The notes: generated from the letters alone by a model not told the origin. A stretch of 63,480 nt of DNA, filler included, from Octopus bimaculoides (GCF_001194135.2; 6 parts of 6 records of this genome joined end to end with filler, not necessarily neighbours in it); one strand, 5' to 3'; shown: positions 1-11,454, numbered from the whole stretch's first letter. A program made the numbers and translations.

Positions 1-33
1 TTTAACCCGGGCAACGCCGGGTATTTCTGCTAG
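1..33 (+). mobile_element. Helitron 3' terminus (element continues upstream of the window)
   Basis: Hairpin ACCCGG-gcaacg-CCGGGT (5-22), then CTAG (30-33) followed by T; near-identical 3' end at 51203-51235. Confidence 0.8.
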
Positions 34-108
34 TAATCTATAAATTTTACTCTAAGAATAGACTGTATAAACTTTAAACAGTGAAATGATTAATAAAAAA
101 AATTAATA

Positions 109-512
109 GGAGCAGGTGTGGCTGTATGGTAAGAAGCTTTCTTCCCAACCACATGGTTCCGGGTTCAGTCCCACTGCGTGGCACCATAGGCAAGCGTCTT
201 CTACTCTAGCCTCGGGCGACTAAAGCTTTGCAAGTGGATTTGGTAGACTGACACCGAAAGACGCACATCGCATGTGTGTTTGTGTGTGTGTGTGTGTGTT
301 TGCCTTTGTGTCTGTGTTTGTCCCCCCACCATCGCTTGACAACCGATGTTGGTGTATTCATTTATGTTCCCTGCGGTTCAGCAAAAGAGACCGATAGATT
401 ACGTATTAGGCTTACAAAGAATAAGTCCTGGTGCCGATTTCTTCGACTAAAAGCGGTGCTCCAGCATGGCCGCAGTCAAATGGCTGAAACATGTAAAAGA
501 GTAAAAGAATAA
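109..512 (+). mobile_element. tRNA-derived SINE family A, near full length
   Basis: A/B-box-like head (GGTAAGAAGC...GGTTCAGTCCC), internal (TG)n, GAGTAAAA tail; more than 10 similar copies in the window. Confidence 0.9.
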
Positions 513-2048
513 AAACAAAAAATGTACTTCATACATTGCAAGTTAATGACTTCCTTGTGCCTGATGAGATCTCATTTCATTTTAATAACTATTACTAGTT
601 TTATCAGGCATAATATGATTATTACTTTAGGTAAAATTTCGTATGTTGATTATGTTATCTCACCGCCCACTCAGCGTCCCCCTAAAGCTTATCGGCCCAC
701 TTCAACATGTCCAGCGTCCTCTAAAACCTAACACCCCAATACAACATGTCCGCTTCGGAAACCTCTGCATGAGAGGATTTACTTTATCTACTAACAAATC
801 AAAATACTTAATTACTCTATCGTAAATCATTATCGGAACGAAAAAATGTTGTTACTCAAACCACTTCGAGTACAGCTTGATGCATGAGGCAAACCTGCCT
901 CTTTAGAATCTAAAATCATTAGTTTTATTACAAATATGAGTTATTATTGGGTTCTTTCTGTTTTCTCACGTAATATTTAAAGAATTCACTTTTTTAACGG
1001 CAGTCACTTAAGTCCATTTTCAAAATACTAGGATAAGTTTTGCCAAAATAGATCAAAGATATTAGGGTCGAATATATCTCAGTTATTCACCTACATCTAC
1101 TCACTTGCTTAATTGAACCTATCTTTACATAAACCGTTCAGAAAACAAAACCCATACGATGACAAATACAAATCAGCCAATACAGGACTACAGTTAGCAC
1201 CCATAGAGATACCCAGAACGTGTATGCATTATTAATTACATTAATTACAAACTTAGTGTCTATTTCAGTCTCTTCTTTGTCTAACATGTACATCTATTGT
1301 ACCTTGACTTGGACAAAAAATAATAAATAAATAAATAAGACTACACCACTGTAATCGATATAAATGTATGACTTTTTCACCAAACACTAAATCCACAATT
1401 TCATAAAATAAAGCATAAAGACGTTGGTGAGTGAAACAGCTTCAACCCAGAGGCAGAGGACAGATATATTCCTTATGGATTTTGAAATTTTATAATGTTT
1501 CATATAAAGTAGATTATAACATGTAATCTTTTGAAAGAGTACACATGGAAATAGAACGAGTACAAATAGACAGGTTGAAATCATAATTAAATATGCATTA
1601 TTGGATGCATATTTAATTACGATTAAATAAGTATGGATTCGCTACCTGTCATTTTGTTTTGTTTTTTTTTTAAATTCCACTCGAAATACTTCCACAGTTT
1701 AATATTCTTCGTTACTTGGTCTTGTCTTCTAATACGCCGTAATAGATAATTACTTGGAGTTCCTTTTGTCAGGTCCCTAAGTTTTCGTACAGTTGTTTTT
1801 TGGTTTGTTTTCACCAAATGATTCCCTACTGGAATTCGTCATAAATCTACTGGCACCCTGAAGTAAGAGGCAATGTTGATACATAATGTGGAAATCACTA
1901 TGACCTTCAGTCAGCAGCTGACAATGAGAGATTGGTTTCTATCGTTGTCTTTCTCTTTATCCTTTGCGTTTTAAACTGTTGCCTGTGTTTAAATTTTCTT
2001 TCTCTCCGTCTCTCTATTTCTCTCTCCCCCTCTCTCTTCCTCTCTCTG

Positions 2049-2119
<71 letters not shown>

Positions 2120-2470
2120 CAAATGAAAGGGTAAAAGATTATTAATTTGTTAATAAATTAATAATTAATAATTTTTACCAAGCCTTTCGGTATGTAAATA
2201 CCATTATCGGCGAAGAACTTATTTCAAAGTTCTTATAAATTTATAAACATAATTAAGGGATCAGCAACAGTTGCTTCACCACATACCGAAGTTCAGAAAT
2301 AGCAGCTAAAGTGCTAAAACTCCAACAGATAGCAATACTTGTAACTCACAAAGGCAAAACAAGAAGAAAAAATAACGAAACTAACCAGTCTTAGTTAATC
2401 ATAGACGTGTTTCTGGCTCAGAATAGCGAAAACTTTTCATTTCCCCATCAGTATGATATTCTAGTTTGCA
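2120..2470 (-). repeat. Possible Penelope-like pLTR fragment with hammerhead-like motif
   Basis: Hammerhead-like fold at 2398-2457 on the minus strand; single copy here. Confidence 0.35.
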
Positions 2471-2559
2471 AATTTGAAGATGCAGGCAATTATGCATGCA
2501 CGACCAGGTGACATCGTGCATCGGCATAATGTGAACAGCATCTCTGAACTTACATAGGC

Positions 2560-2885
2560 CATGACTGGGTTTTGAGGTGCTGGAACACCCTGCCTACAGC
2601 CCAGATCTCGCCCCTTCCGACTATCATATCATTGGACCGCTCAAAGATGGTTTACGAATTCGTCGATTTCCTACGGATGAAGATACGAAGGAAGCGGTGC
2701 ATAAATGGTTGCACGACCAACCGAAAACCTTCTTGAAGGGAATACGGAAGCTTGTGGAGCGCTGGACCAAGTGCATCGAAAAGGAAGGAAGCTATATAGA
2801 AAAATGACGGACTTGTTTATCCCCTGCTTCTGTGTAAATACATTGGAAAAACAAGAGTGCGTATAATTTTGGACTCTCCCTCGTA
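2560..2885 (+). mobile_element. Mariner transposon 3' remnant (transposase C-terminus + TIR)
   Basis: ORF 2577-2807 HPAYSPDLAPSDYH...LVERWTKCIEKEGSYIEK; ends ...CCCTCG|TA. Confidence 0.9.
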
Positions 2886-3612
2886 TGTATGTATGTATGT
2901 ATGTATGTATGTATGTATGTATGTGTCTGTGTGCGCGCGTGCGTCTGTGTGTGTATATACAAACATATACATATATAGATGCATATCCATACAGTTATTA
3001 TTGTTGTTGCAATTCTAGTTAATATTACAATTAATTTGCCGTAAGTGTCAGAGCTCTCTCGAAAAAGTAAATTTTAACAGGATTACGTTCCCAATGAATA
3101 AAGTCTTCGTTTTGATTTCGTCACCAAGGAAGGGTCTCAGAATATCTAAATGCACAATCCATTTCCCTGCACTGGGAAAAGTAAGTTCGATAAAATATGA
3201 AGTTTTGAAACTTTACGTATCTTCGCCATTGACACCATTTGCAATACTTACTTCCGTTGTAAAATGACCCACTTAGGAGTAATGGGACAAAATGCCTTCT
3301 ACAGTTTTGGTAGCAGCAATTTCAATAACGGAAACAAATATGCATCAAAAATTTTTAAAACAAATACGCAGATTTTAAAAATATGTGAAATCACGCGCGC
3401 ACACACACATACACACATACACACACAATGATTAATTTAATTTGAAAGCAATATAAACATTAACGACTAGTATAGATAGAAAGACAGACAGGCAGGCAGA
3501 CAGATACACACACACACACATATATATAGATATATGGAGAAACTGACGGAAAAGAGGTATAACATTACCTGGGGCAGCGAAGTTTCTTGTCTCCTGTAAA
3601 CTATATAAGTAT

Positions 3613-3774
3613 AGGCGCAGGCGTCGCTGAGCGGTAAGAAGCTTGCTTTCCAACCACATGGTTCCGGGTTCAGTCCCACCGAATAGCACCTTGGGAAAAT
3701 GTCTACTACTATAGCCTCGGGCCGACCAAAGCTTTGAGTGGGTTTGGTAGACAAAAACTGAAAGAAGCCCGTCG

Positions 3775-3817
<43 letters not shown>

Positions 3818-3901
3818 GTGTGTGTGTGTGTGCGTGCGTGTGTGTGTGTGCGCGCGCGCGCGCGTGTGCGTATTTATGCATGTGCGTCTGTGTTTTCCTC
3901 C
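3613..3901 (+). mobile_element. SINE family A, 5' part cut by gap
   Basis: Matches 109-300. Confidence 0.85.
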
Positions 3902-4414
3902 NNNNNNNNNNNNNNNNNNNNNNNNNNNNNNNNNNNNNNNNNNNNNNNNNNNNNNNNNNNNNNNNNNNNNNNNNNNNNNNNNNNNNNNNNNNNNNNNNNN
4001 NNNNNNNNNNNNNNNNNNNNNNNNNNNNNNNNNNNNNNNNNNNNNNNNNNNNNNNNNNNNNNNNNNNNNNNNNNNNNNNNNNNNNNNNNNNNNNNNNNNN
4101 NNNNNNNNNNNNNNNNNNNNNNNNNNNNNNNNNNNNNNNNNNNNNNNNNNNNNNNNNNNNNNNNNNNNNNNNNNNNNNNNNNNNNNNNNNNNNNNNNNNN
4201 NNNNNNNNNNNNNNNNNNNNNNNNNNNNNNNNNNNNNNNNNNNNNNNNNNNNNNNNNNNNNNNNNNNNNNNNNNNNNNNNNNNNNNNNNNNNNNNNNNNN
4301 NNNNNNNNNNNNNNNNNNNNNNNNNNNNNNNNNNNNNNNNNNNNNNNNNNNNNNNNAAAAGTAAGGTTTGCTTTCTTAAGATAAATTATATTTTTTATTT
4401 CATTATTTACGTAC

Positions 4415-4780
4415 AGGCGCGGTTATGTGTGCTTCCCATCCAAACAGTTCCAGGTTCAGTCCTACTGTGTTTCACCTTGAAGAGGTGTCTTCTACTATAG
4501 CCTGTGGCCGACCAGAGCCTTGTGAGCGGATTTAGTAGGCGGAAACAGAAATAAGCCCGTCGTGTGTGTGTGTATCTTGTCCCCCATCAGCGCTTGTCAA
4601 CCGGTGTTGGTGTGTTTACATTCCCGTAATTCAGCGGTTCGACAAAAGAGAGCGATAGAATAAGTACAAGGGTTAAAGACAAAATAACTACAGGGGTTGA
4701 TACATTCGACTAACAATTCCTCAAGGCAATGTCCCAGCATGGCCGCAGACTAATAACACAAACTAGTAAAACAAAGAATA
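4415..4780 (+). mobile_element. SINE family A, diverged
   Basis: Matches 109-512. Confidence 0.85.
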
Positions 4781-4976
4781 TATGAACAAAACACTAAAAT
4801 AACAGTAACGACTCGTCAAAGATAATTTTTTAAAAATAATGGTAACTTTATACAATACTGCTATGTCCCAGTGGCGATATTGTCCGAAACCTCATCGCCA
4901 CTGCGATGTGCCATGATGACAACGTATTTCGTCGTCTCTACGGGAATTATCCGAACGGCGCACCTTCGCCAACCGT

Positions 4977-6965
4977 ATCTCTTTTATTTGGCACACAGGC
5001 CATGACACAGAGGGGACGGCACGAAGACAGACAGAACACCACAGTGGGAACAAAAAGATATAAAACGAATGAATGAGAGATGAATATAATTAATAGGGAT
5101 GTAGTGGATGTATTGAACCCCACTCTCAAGCAGTACCATTTAACTGTTTTAGAAAAGGACTTTTAATAATAGTTTTTCCTTCTTTTTTCCTTCTTTTTCC
5201 CTTTTAGCATCGCATGTATAGTCTTATTTAAAAAGCTTATTCACGCTTTCGAGTTCATGTATGGTTTCAAATCCTTTTAATCCACAACAGGCGGCTGGTC
5301 ATCGAACTCCACCTCCACTCCCAATGGGTCTATACTAGTTCCAAACAACTCTTTTCATTTTCCATACCTCTCTTGGTCTATCACTATGCCCTTTGCATTT
5401 TCTGTGTAAAGCTCCACTGGTAATTTTACTCTAATTACCGATCTGAATTTGATAATTCTCCTTTCTATCGCCGCACTTTTTGTATATGTAACCATAGACC
5501 ATTTATTTTTCCTGGCTTCTTTAACTGTTTGTTTCTGCGGTAAACTTGGGTTGCCTGGGTAGCTTTCCTTTTTTTGTCCTTTTGTTGGTGATGCTGGTGG
5601 GGGTCTTTGCTGTCACATCTCTATAATGTTCATATCTTCTTCCTTTTTCTTTTTCGGCGTTGAGTTTACACATTCTTTTCTTTTTTTTTTCCTGGACACC
5701 TCCGTAGATGCTTCCTCCGCTTCCTCCGTACATTTCTCACNNNNNNNNNNNNNNNNNNNNNNNNNNNNNNNNNNNNNNNNNNNNNNNNNNNNNNNNNNNN
5801 NNNNNNNNNNNNNNNNNNNNNNNNNNNNNNNNNNNNNNNNNNNNNNNNNNNNNNNNNNNNNNNNNNTTTCCTGGACACCTCCGTAGATGCTTCCTCCGCT
5901 TCCTCCGTACATTTCTCACTTGCTAGGGCCGCCACTTCAGCATTCTGCTCCTGTTGCCCTTCCTCACTGTCTCTCTGGGGACATCTCACTCCCATGTGTC
6001 CCTTCTCTCCGCATTGATAGCAGGTTGGTGGTCTTCCTTCCACCACCACTCTCAACCTTATGTCTTCCGGTAAAATCACCTCTTCAGCGATTTCGTTCAA
6101 ATCCTTTTGTCCTACCTGAATGACCATTTCAAGGCCATATCCCCAATCAATTTACTTTTTTTTTTGTCCTCGTCACCGTTAAAATTTTTGCATCCTCCTA
6201 GGTTTTGTGCATCACGGCAGCCACCAGCCATGCTTCCTTGATTTCCGGGGGTACTCTACCTATTCTCACTCTAGCGGCACTTTTGCCGCTGTAAGTTGGC
6301 AGCAGTACCCACTCTTGCGTCCTGAGCATCACAGTGGTGTGATTTATCGCCTCTTGCTCGTTGGCGAGCCTCACCTCCGCCGTGCCTTATTTTTTTCCTC
6401 TTGTGTAGAATGTCGTCAGGTTTTTTATCTCCTTAAGACATTCTTCTATTGTCTCCACCGTGGCTATTTCAATTTTCTTAGTTGTTGCAGACATTGTTCT
6501 GTAAACCACTGTTCGTTTTGCTGTACTGGCTGTCACTTCTTCTGGCCGGGTCAGCCTTAAATTGGATCCTTCCTTCTGAATTAGCCTATTATATTCCTTC
6601 AGCTTTTACTACTCAATTTTAACCTCTAGCACCTCTAGCGCATCTTGCATTTACACCCCTACCAGCCGCTGAAGCATACCCTTCGGCCTGTGCTGGAACT
6701 GATTCACAATCCATTATCTTTTTTCTTTTTTCACTTTGCCCCAAAATGGGGAAGAAGACAAACAAAAATCACAAGCCTGCAGGCAAAAAAAGTACTTAGT
6801 AAATTAAACAATTCAAATCATAGGCTCGCCCTCGCGGGAGACCCCTCAGCAAGTATACAACACAATACAACTCACGTCGACCGGAATCAAAAGATTTAAC
6901 AACAAAAAGACACTTCGCTGGCCGACTCTACTGACTGTGTCAGTCCACTATTTATTAGTAGTGGA
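4977..6965 (-). mobile_element. ORF1-only non-LTR retroelement (L1/Tx1-type ORF1, HAL1-like), copy 1
   Basis: Degenerate ORF1 5277-6714, then ~300 nt 3' UTR ending GCCAAATAAAAGAGATA; no ORF2 follows. Confidence 0.7.
5277..6714 (-). pseudogene. Gag-like ORF1 pseudogene (RRM-like region + CCHC knuckle)
   Basis: CYQCGEKGHMGVRC at 5981-6022; RTVVYRT...IEECLKEI...VLLPTYSG aligns with 54804-56046; stops, frameshifts and a gap. Confidence 0.8.
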
Positions 6966-7415
6966 CCAGCCCACTTCTCACCTGAGGGCGTTCGCCACAA
7001 CAAATACAAACAAAATTATATGAATAAGAACATTGTACGGTAAGATATGCGTTTTAAAGAGAGTGATTGAATGATAATTTATTAACGATGGTACAAATAT
7101 TAAAAGTTCTAGCAAATATTTCGTTCTAGCAACAACAATTTCACTTTGACATACGAAAAAACTTTAGCAAATAAAAATAACAACTGAGGTTTCAGTGGAT
7201 TACGAGTTTTATCTTTTGCACGCGTAACTTCCATTAGATGAGCTCTAGAACATGCAATACCTGAGCAAAAGAAGACAGAATGACAGTATTGTGTGACAAA
7301 AACAGATTTTTTACCAAGTGATGTGAGGCATGCAAGAGAAGGAAGATAACCTGCCCGTGCATTGCCAAAGACAATGTGTTCCATCCCAAAGGCAGTTATA
7401 GGTAACACTCACTTA

Positions 7416-8327
7416 TACGAGGAGGTAACCAAAAGTAACCGGAAACGTTCTTTGTGAGACAAACCTATAGTAGTTCAGGCTTCCACTGCTAGAAGTCACT
7501 TGATGTAACCCTCAGGCATCAGTATGCAGCCCGACGTCGTCGAGTGAAGTCGTACCGCCACGTGGTGCGTCTTTGTTTTGCAGTGCTTCTCTCCTGTTCG
7601 TCGATTTTTGCGATGACTGAAACGAAGGAAGAGCATACTTCCGTGAAATTCTGTTTTCTGTTGGGGAAAACGGCGGCTGAAACAGTTGACATGCTTCAAA
7701 CAGCTTACAAGGACGCTGCCATGAGCAAAACACAAGTTTACGAGTGGTATTCACGCTTTAGGAATGGTTACTTGTTGCTTAAAGACCAACCTTGTTCACA
7801 GCGTCCGTCGACCTCGCGAACGACTGAAAACATCACGAAAATTCATGAACTGATCTTGGGGATTGTCACCGAATAATTGACAAAATTGTTGATATGACTG
7901 TTGTATCCTGGAACTCCTGCCAACGAATTTTGAGCAAGGAGTTACAAATGTAAAGAGTTGCAGCAAAATTTGTGCGTCGCTTGCTCACGGAAGATCAAAA
8001 GCAGTCACGACTGAAGGCGTGTCGTGAATTGAAAGAACAGCTGGACATTGATCCAGACCTTTTTTTCGAAGGTCATCACTTGTGACGAAAGCTAGTGCTA
8101 TAGAATTTGCAGATGTGGAAGACGGGGACATAAATACGACGGAGGCGTTAAAAGGCATCACTTCGCAAGAATTCCAGCACTGCTTTGAACTGTGGAAAAC
8201 GAGTTTGGACCGATGCGTTGCTTCAAAATGGAGAATACTTTGAAGGCAACAAAAGTGTAAGCATGTAAAACTAAATGAATAAAATAATATTGCAAAATTC
8301 CAGTTTCTTTTCGGTACCCCTCTCCTA
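7416..8327 (+). mobile_element. Internally deleted mariner element with both TIRs
   Basis: TA|CGAGGAGGTAACCAAAAGTAACCGGAA with a degenerate inverted copy at ~8298-8325; HTH region VKFCFLLGKTAAET...QVYEWYSRF; VITCDES joins directly to a C-terminal RFADVE-like segment. Confidence 0.9.
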
Positions 8328-8344
8328 CACGTTGTAAGATCTTT

Positions 8345-8513
8345 TATATAGAGCAGGGCAGAACATTGGGAACGAAGACCTTATTTGAACTCCAGGGCAT
8401 GTGATCTACCTATGCGCCAAAAATCATTAAAATCGGTTGGACGGTGTGGGAGGAGTTAGAGTAAGCCCAAACGCACACAGAGACAGACACTATTGCACAT
8501 CTATGTATATAGA
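8345..8513 (-). mobile_element. Helitron/Helentron (DINE-1-like) 5' fragment
   Basis: Minus strand starts A|TCTATATACATAG, then a CTGT-rich stretch and AACCGATTTTAATGATTTTT; same layout as 49850-49960. Confidence 0.5.
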
Positions 8514-8855
8514 TGTATACATGCAAAACGAGAGAAAGTAAAGAGTGAGGACCTTCAGACGATGAATATTTAAGTATAAATATGTTGATATTTATATTAA
8601 TAGATCCAACTTACAGAGTACAAACGACAGAGAAAATTAAAGGGGTGGAAGCTGTTTCTAGCTGAGCCCCCATATTTTGTATTTCATACCCAAGCTGTTA
8701 TATTTAATATATCTAATTTGTTTATTCGCATAATTGCCTCTATATCCGCTCAGCTTGCTTCCTCTTATGGGCCATTCTTTATCCTGTGGAATCGATCCCT
8801 TGTAAAGACATCGGAGCCAAGTTTGAATCTTATGAACACTATTAAATGTATTCTA

Positions 8856-9076
8856 TACTGAGTCCTTCGACTATCGCGAGTGTTCCAAAGCCCCCCGCGA
8901 TAGGTGAAAATCCGTGAACCAGAAACAGTGCTGTACGGTATATTTTTTTAAATTATTTTTATAATTTGTATATATTTATTTTATTGTAAATACAAAACAA
9001 CACCACGGAGGAATCGATATAAGCTTAAAAAATAAACCGCGATAGGTGAACCGCGATATGGCAAAGGATTACTGTG
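8856..9076. mobile_element. Tigger/pogo-like MITE
   Basis: Ends ...GTCCTTCGACTATCGCG and CGCGATATGGCAAAGGATTACTG are imperfect TIRs; CCGCGATAGGTGAA repeated internally. Confidence 0.65.
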
Positions 9077-9080
9077 TGTA

Positions 9081-9171
9081 TAAAGTTGAATAAGGCCGGT
9101 TTATGGGATTACCCTAGGTTTCCCGTCCATAAACCCAGGGTAATCTCATAAACCGGCCTTATCTAACTCTA
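9081..9171. repeat. 91-bp near-palindrome (tiny MITE-like element)
   Basis: ATAAGGCCGGTTTATGGGATTACCCT / AGGGTAATCTCATAAACCGGCCTTAT, one mismatch. Confidence 0.75.
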
Positions 9172-9531
9172 TTTATATTATATACTGCTCTATAATTTAG
9201 GGTGGGTTTCTTTTTCGGATTTATGTTTTACCAACAATCCATATGTGTGTGTGTGTGTGTGTGTGCGTGTGTGTGTGTGTGTGTGTATGCTGGTGTAAAG
9301 GTAGCACACTTAGTCGCATTAACAGAGGAATGTGAGTTCGAGTCTCACGTGTATAGGAAAGCCTTCTTTTTCCTGTCGAGGGCTAATATGCCCCTTTATT
9401 AGACTATTTTCTTTCGTCATTGCATAGTGATTGCCATAAGTTTTAAGCTTATATAAAAATACCCTTATTATTATTTACAAGATTGTAAAATACGGCACCC
9501 TACAACAAAACAATTCGTACCGAAAGCACAT

Positions 9532-9563
<32 letters not shown>

Positions 9564-9572
9564 GTAAGGTGC

Positions 9573-9623
9573 ATCTTCTCTGATGAGGGAACAATCACCA
9601 CCGAAACAGATCTGTAAAACGAT
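9573..9623 (+). ncRNA. Minimal type-I hammerhead-like motif, degenerate stem I
   Basis: CTGATGA 9580-86, GAAA 9603-06, palindromic ACAGATCTGT, GUA site. Confidence 0.45.
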
Positions 9624-9793
9624 TCCTACTTATTGTTCATGGATAACAACACGATGTTTACGCACCAACGACAAACTCTGCGTTTAAAGCTTTCAAACAG
9701 ACATACACACACAAATAGAATTAATTACATTATATATTCCAGGAATTCAGATTTACGTTGTGTTCAGTATAAAAACATAGTATTACATACATG

Positions 9794-9871
<78 letters not shown>

Positions 9872-10739
9872 TGTGTGTGTTTGTGTGTGTGTGTGTATAA
9901 AAGAGAGTGTCGGGGTGGCGGTGCTGGCTTGCATTTGTGGTTAACAAATTCGTTCGCACAGCATTTTAAACAAGTGTTTCTTCCTGTAGGCCTTGACCGA
10001 TCAATGCCTACAGTGAGTGAGTTTAGTGGAAGGAAATTACGCGGATGCTTGTTGTGTGTGTATGTGTGTGTGCGTATGTTAATACACATATGCTACATAC
10101 ATACGCATACATACACACAAACACATTTACGCACACCGCGCACACACACATATATATAGATACATACATATGTGTGTGTAGTTCACAGATGAGATCCAGA
10201 TATTCCCTGCATAAGAAGACACTCAGTAGTATCCATCTTTGAACATCTCTGCATTAAAATCTGAAATGTAAGATCTCTATCCTGATGATGGAGGATCGTC
10301 TCTTCCTATGTTAAATGCATCTATACGGCCGCATTTTGAGACGGACGAATTCTACCAACGTTATTATGGATCGTCGAGCCCCAAAACAGCTGTTCGCCAA
10401 CAATCCACATGTAATTACATATACATACATACATACATACATACATACATACATACATTACATATATATAGTCAATTCGAGGAAGTTAGATCTACATTAA
10501 GGATTATATAGTCACAAAAATTCCACTGGTTAATTACTATCATATAATGAGAACGTTTCTGTGATATGTTAGGGATTATAATACATATTATTAACATTGA
10601 AAGAAAGAAAATGGAGAAAGATAGATGTGTGAATTATTTATTTGTATGATATAAAGATGTTGAAATTTTTTAAAAACATAACAATACAAATAGTTGTAAA
10701 GCTCAAAAAGAATTATGTTTCAGCTCTAGCCCATTGATG

Positions 10740-11395
10740 ATATACAATTCTAATCATTTGGTTATATGCTAAGAAAGGTATATGTATAGCCGGTTTCCAA
10801 CAAAGATACAAGGCTCCATCTTTAGGGTGTAGTTAACACAGACAAATTCACATTTGGAACTTGAAAAAAGTCTTGTATATTTTTACTGTTCCACTCACAG
10901 ATTGCACTTGTAATGTACGAATTAGCCGGTCGATTTCTCTTTCTGAAAATCCCAGTTTATCCAGATTCTCTTTTAAGCATTTACTAACAAAACCTAGTGT
11001 TCCAATTATTATTGGTATGAATATGAATTCATAGTCTTGATATAGAAGCTAGAGGTTTCGAAGCAGTTGTCCATATCCTCTTTTTCTTTGATTTTCAAAG
11101 AGATATTTATATCTGCAGGGCAGCTAACCTATATGACGGCTCATACCCTTGCCCCTCTGTCCTAAACAACAATATCTGGCCTGTTATTCTTACATTTGAC
11201 AGAAGTTTTGATGGTAATATTCCACTAGTATTCCTTGAGTTGGGGTTTATGAATATATTCCATAATAGAGGGATTTTTCTAAGTTTATTTCAGGACAGTC
11301 TTTTTTGCGGATGGCATTGTAAATTGTTTTAGCAACAACATCGTGCCGCATAGGGAGGTGGTACCGTGGCGATTTTTTAGGACAGCTGCTAATCA
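10740..11395 (-). mobile_element. R4/Dong-type LINE 3' fragment (zinc knuckle + restriction-like endonuclease)
   Basis: HVISSCPKKSPRYHLPMRHDVVAKTIY...NNRPDIVV...VSCPAD...IPIIIGTLG with stops. Confidence 0.8.
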
Positions 11396-11454
11396 CATGT
11401 CTGTCTGTCTGTCTGTCTGTCTGTATGTATGTATACAATTACATAATTTTTTAA

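Noticed and set aside
561-590. CTGATGAG motif (also ~25873)
   Set aside because: No stem II-GAAA or stem I complement, so not a hammerhead.
760-1340. Possible I/Jockey LINE 3' remnant (SLMHEANLPL; TAAA tail)
   Set aside because: One short motif only; needs a profile search.
2175-2215. Minus-strand GGTAT/ATACC hairpin + GAAA resembling a hammerhead
   Set aside because: The 5' core does not fit NUGANNA and stem I is poor.
4907-4995. C/D snoRNA or SECIS idea (ATGATGA inside a terminal stem)
   Set aside because: No box D (CTGA) and no SECIS geometry.
5689-5919. Duplications across gaps (also 18220/18928, 23745/23920, 60427/60597)
   Set aside because: Identical sequence on both sides of an N run indicates unmerged contig overlaps.
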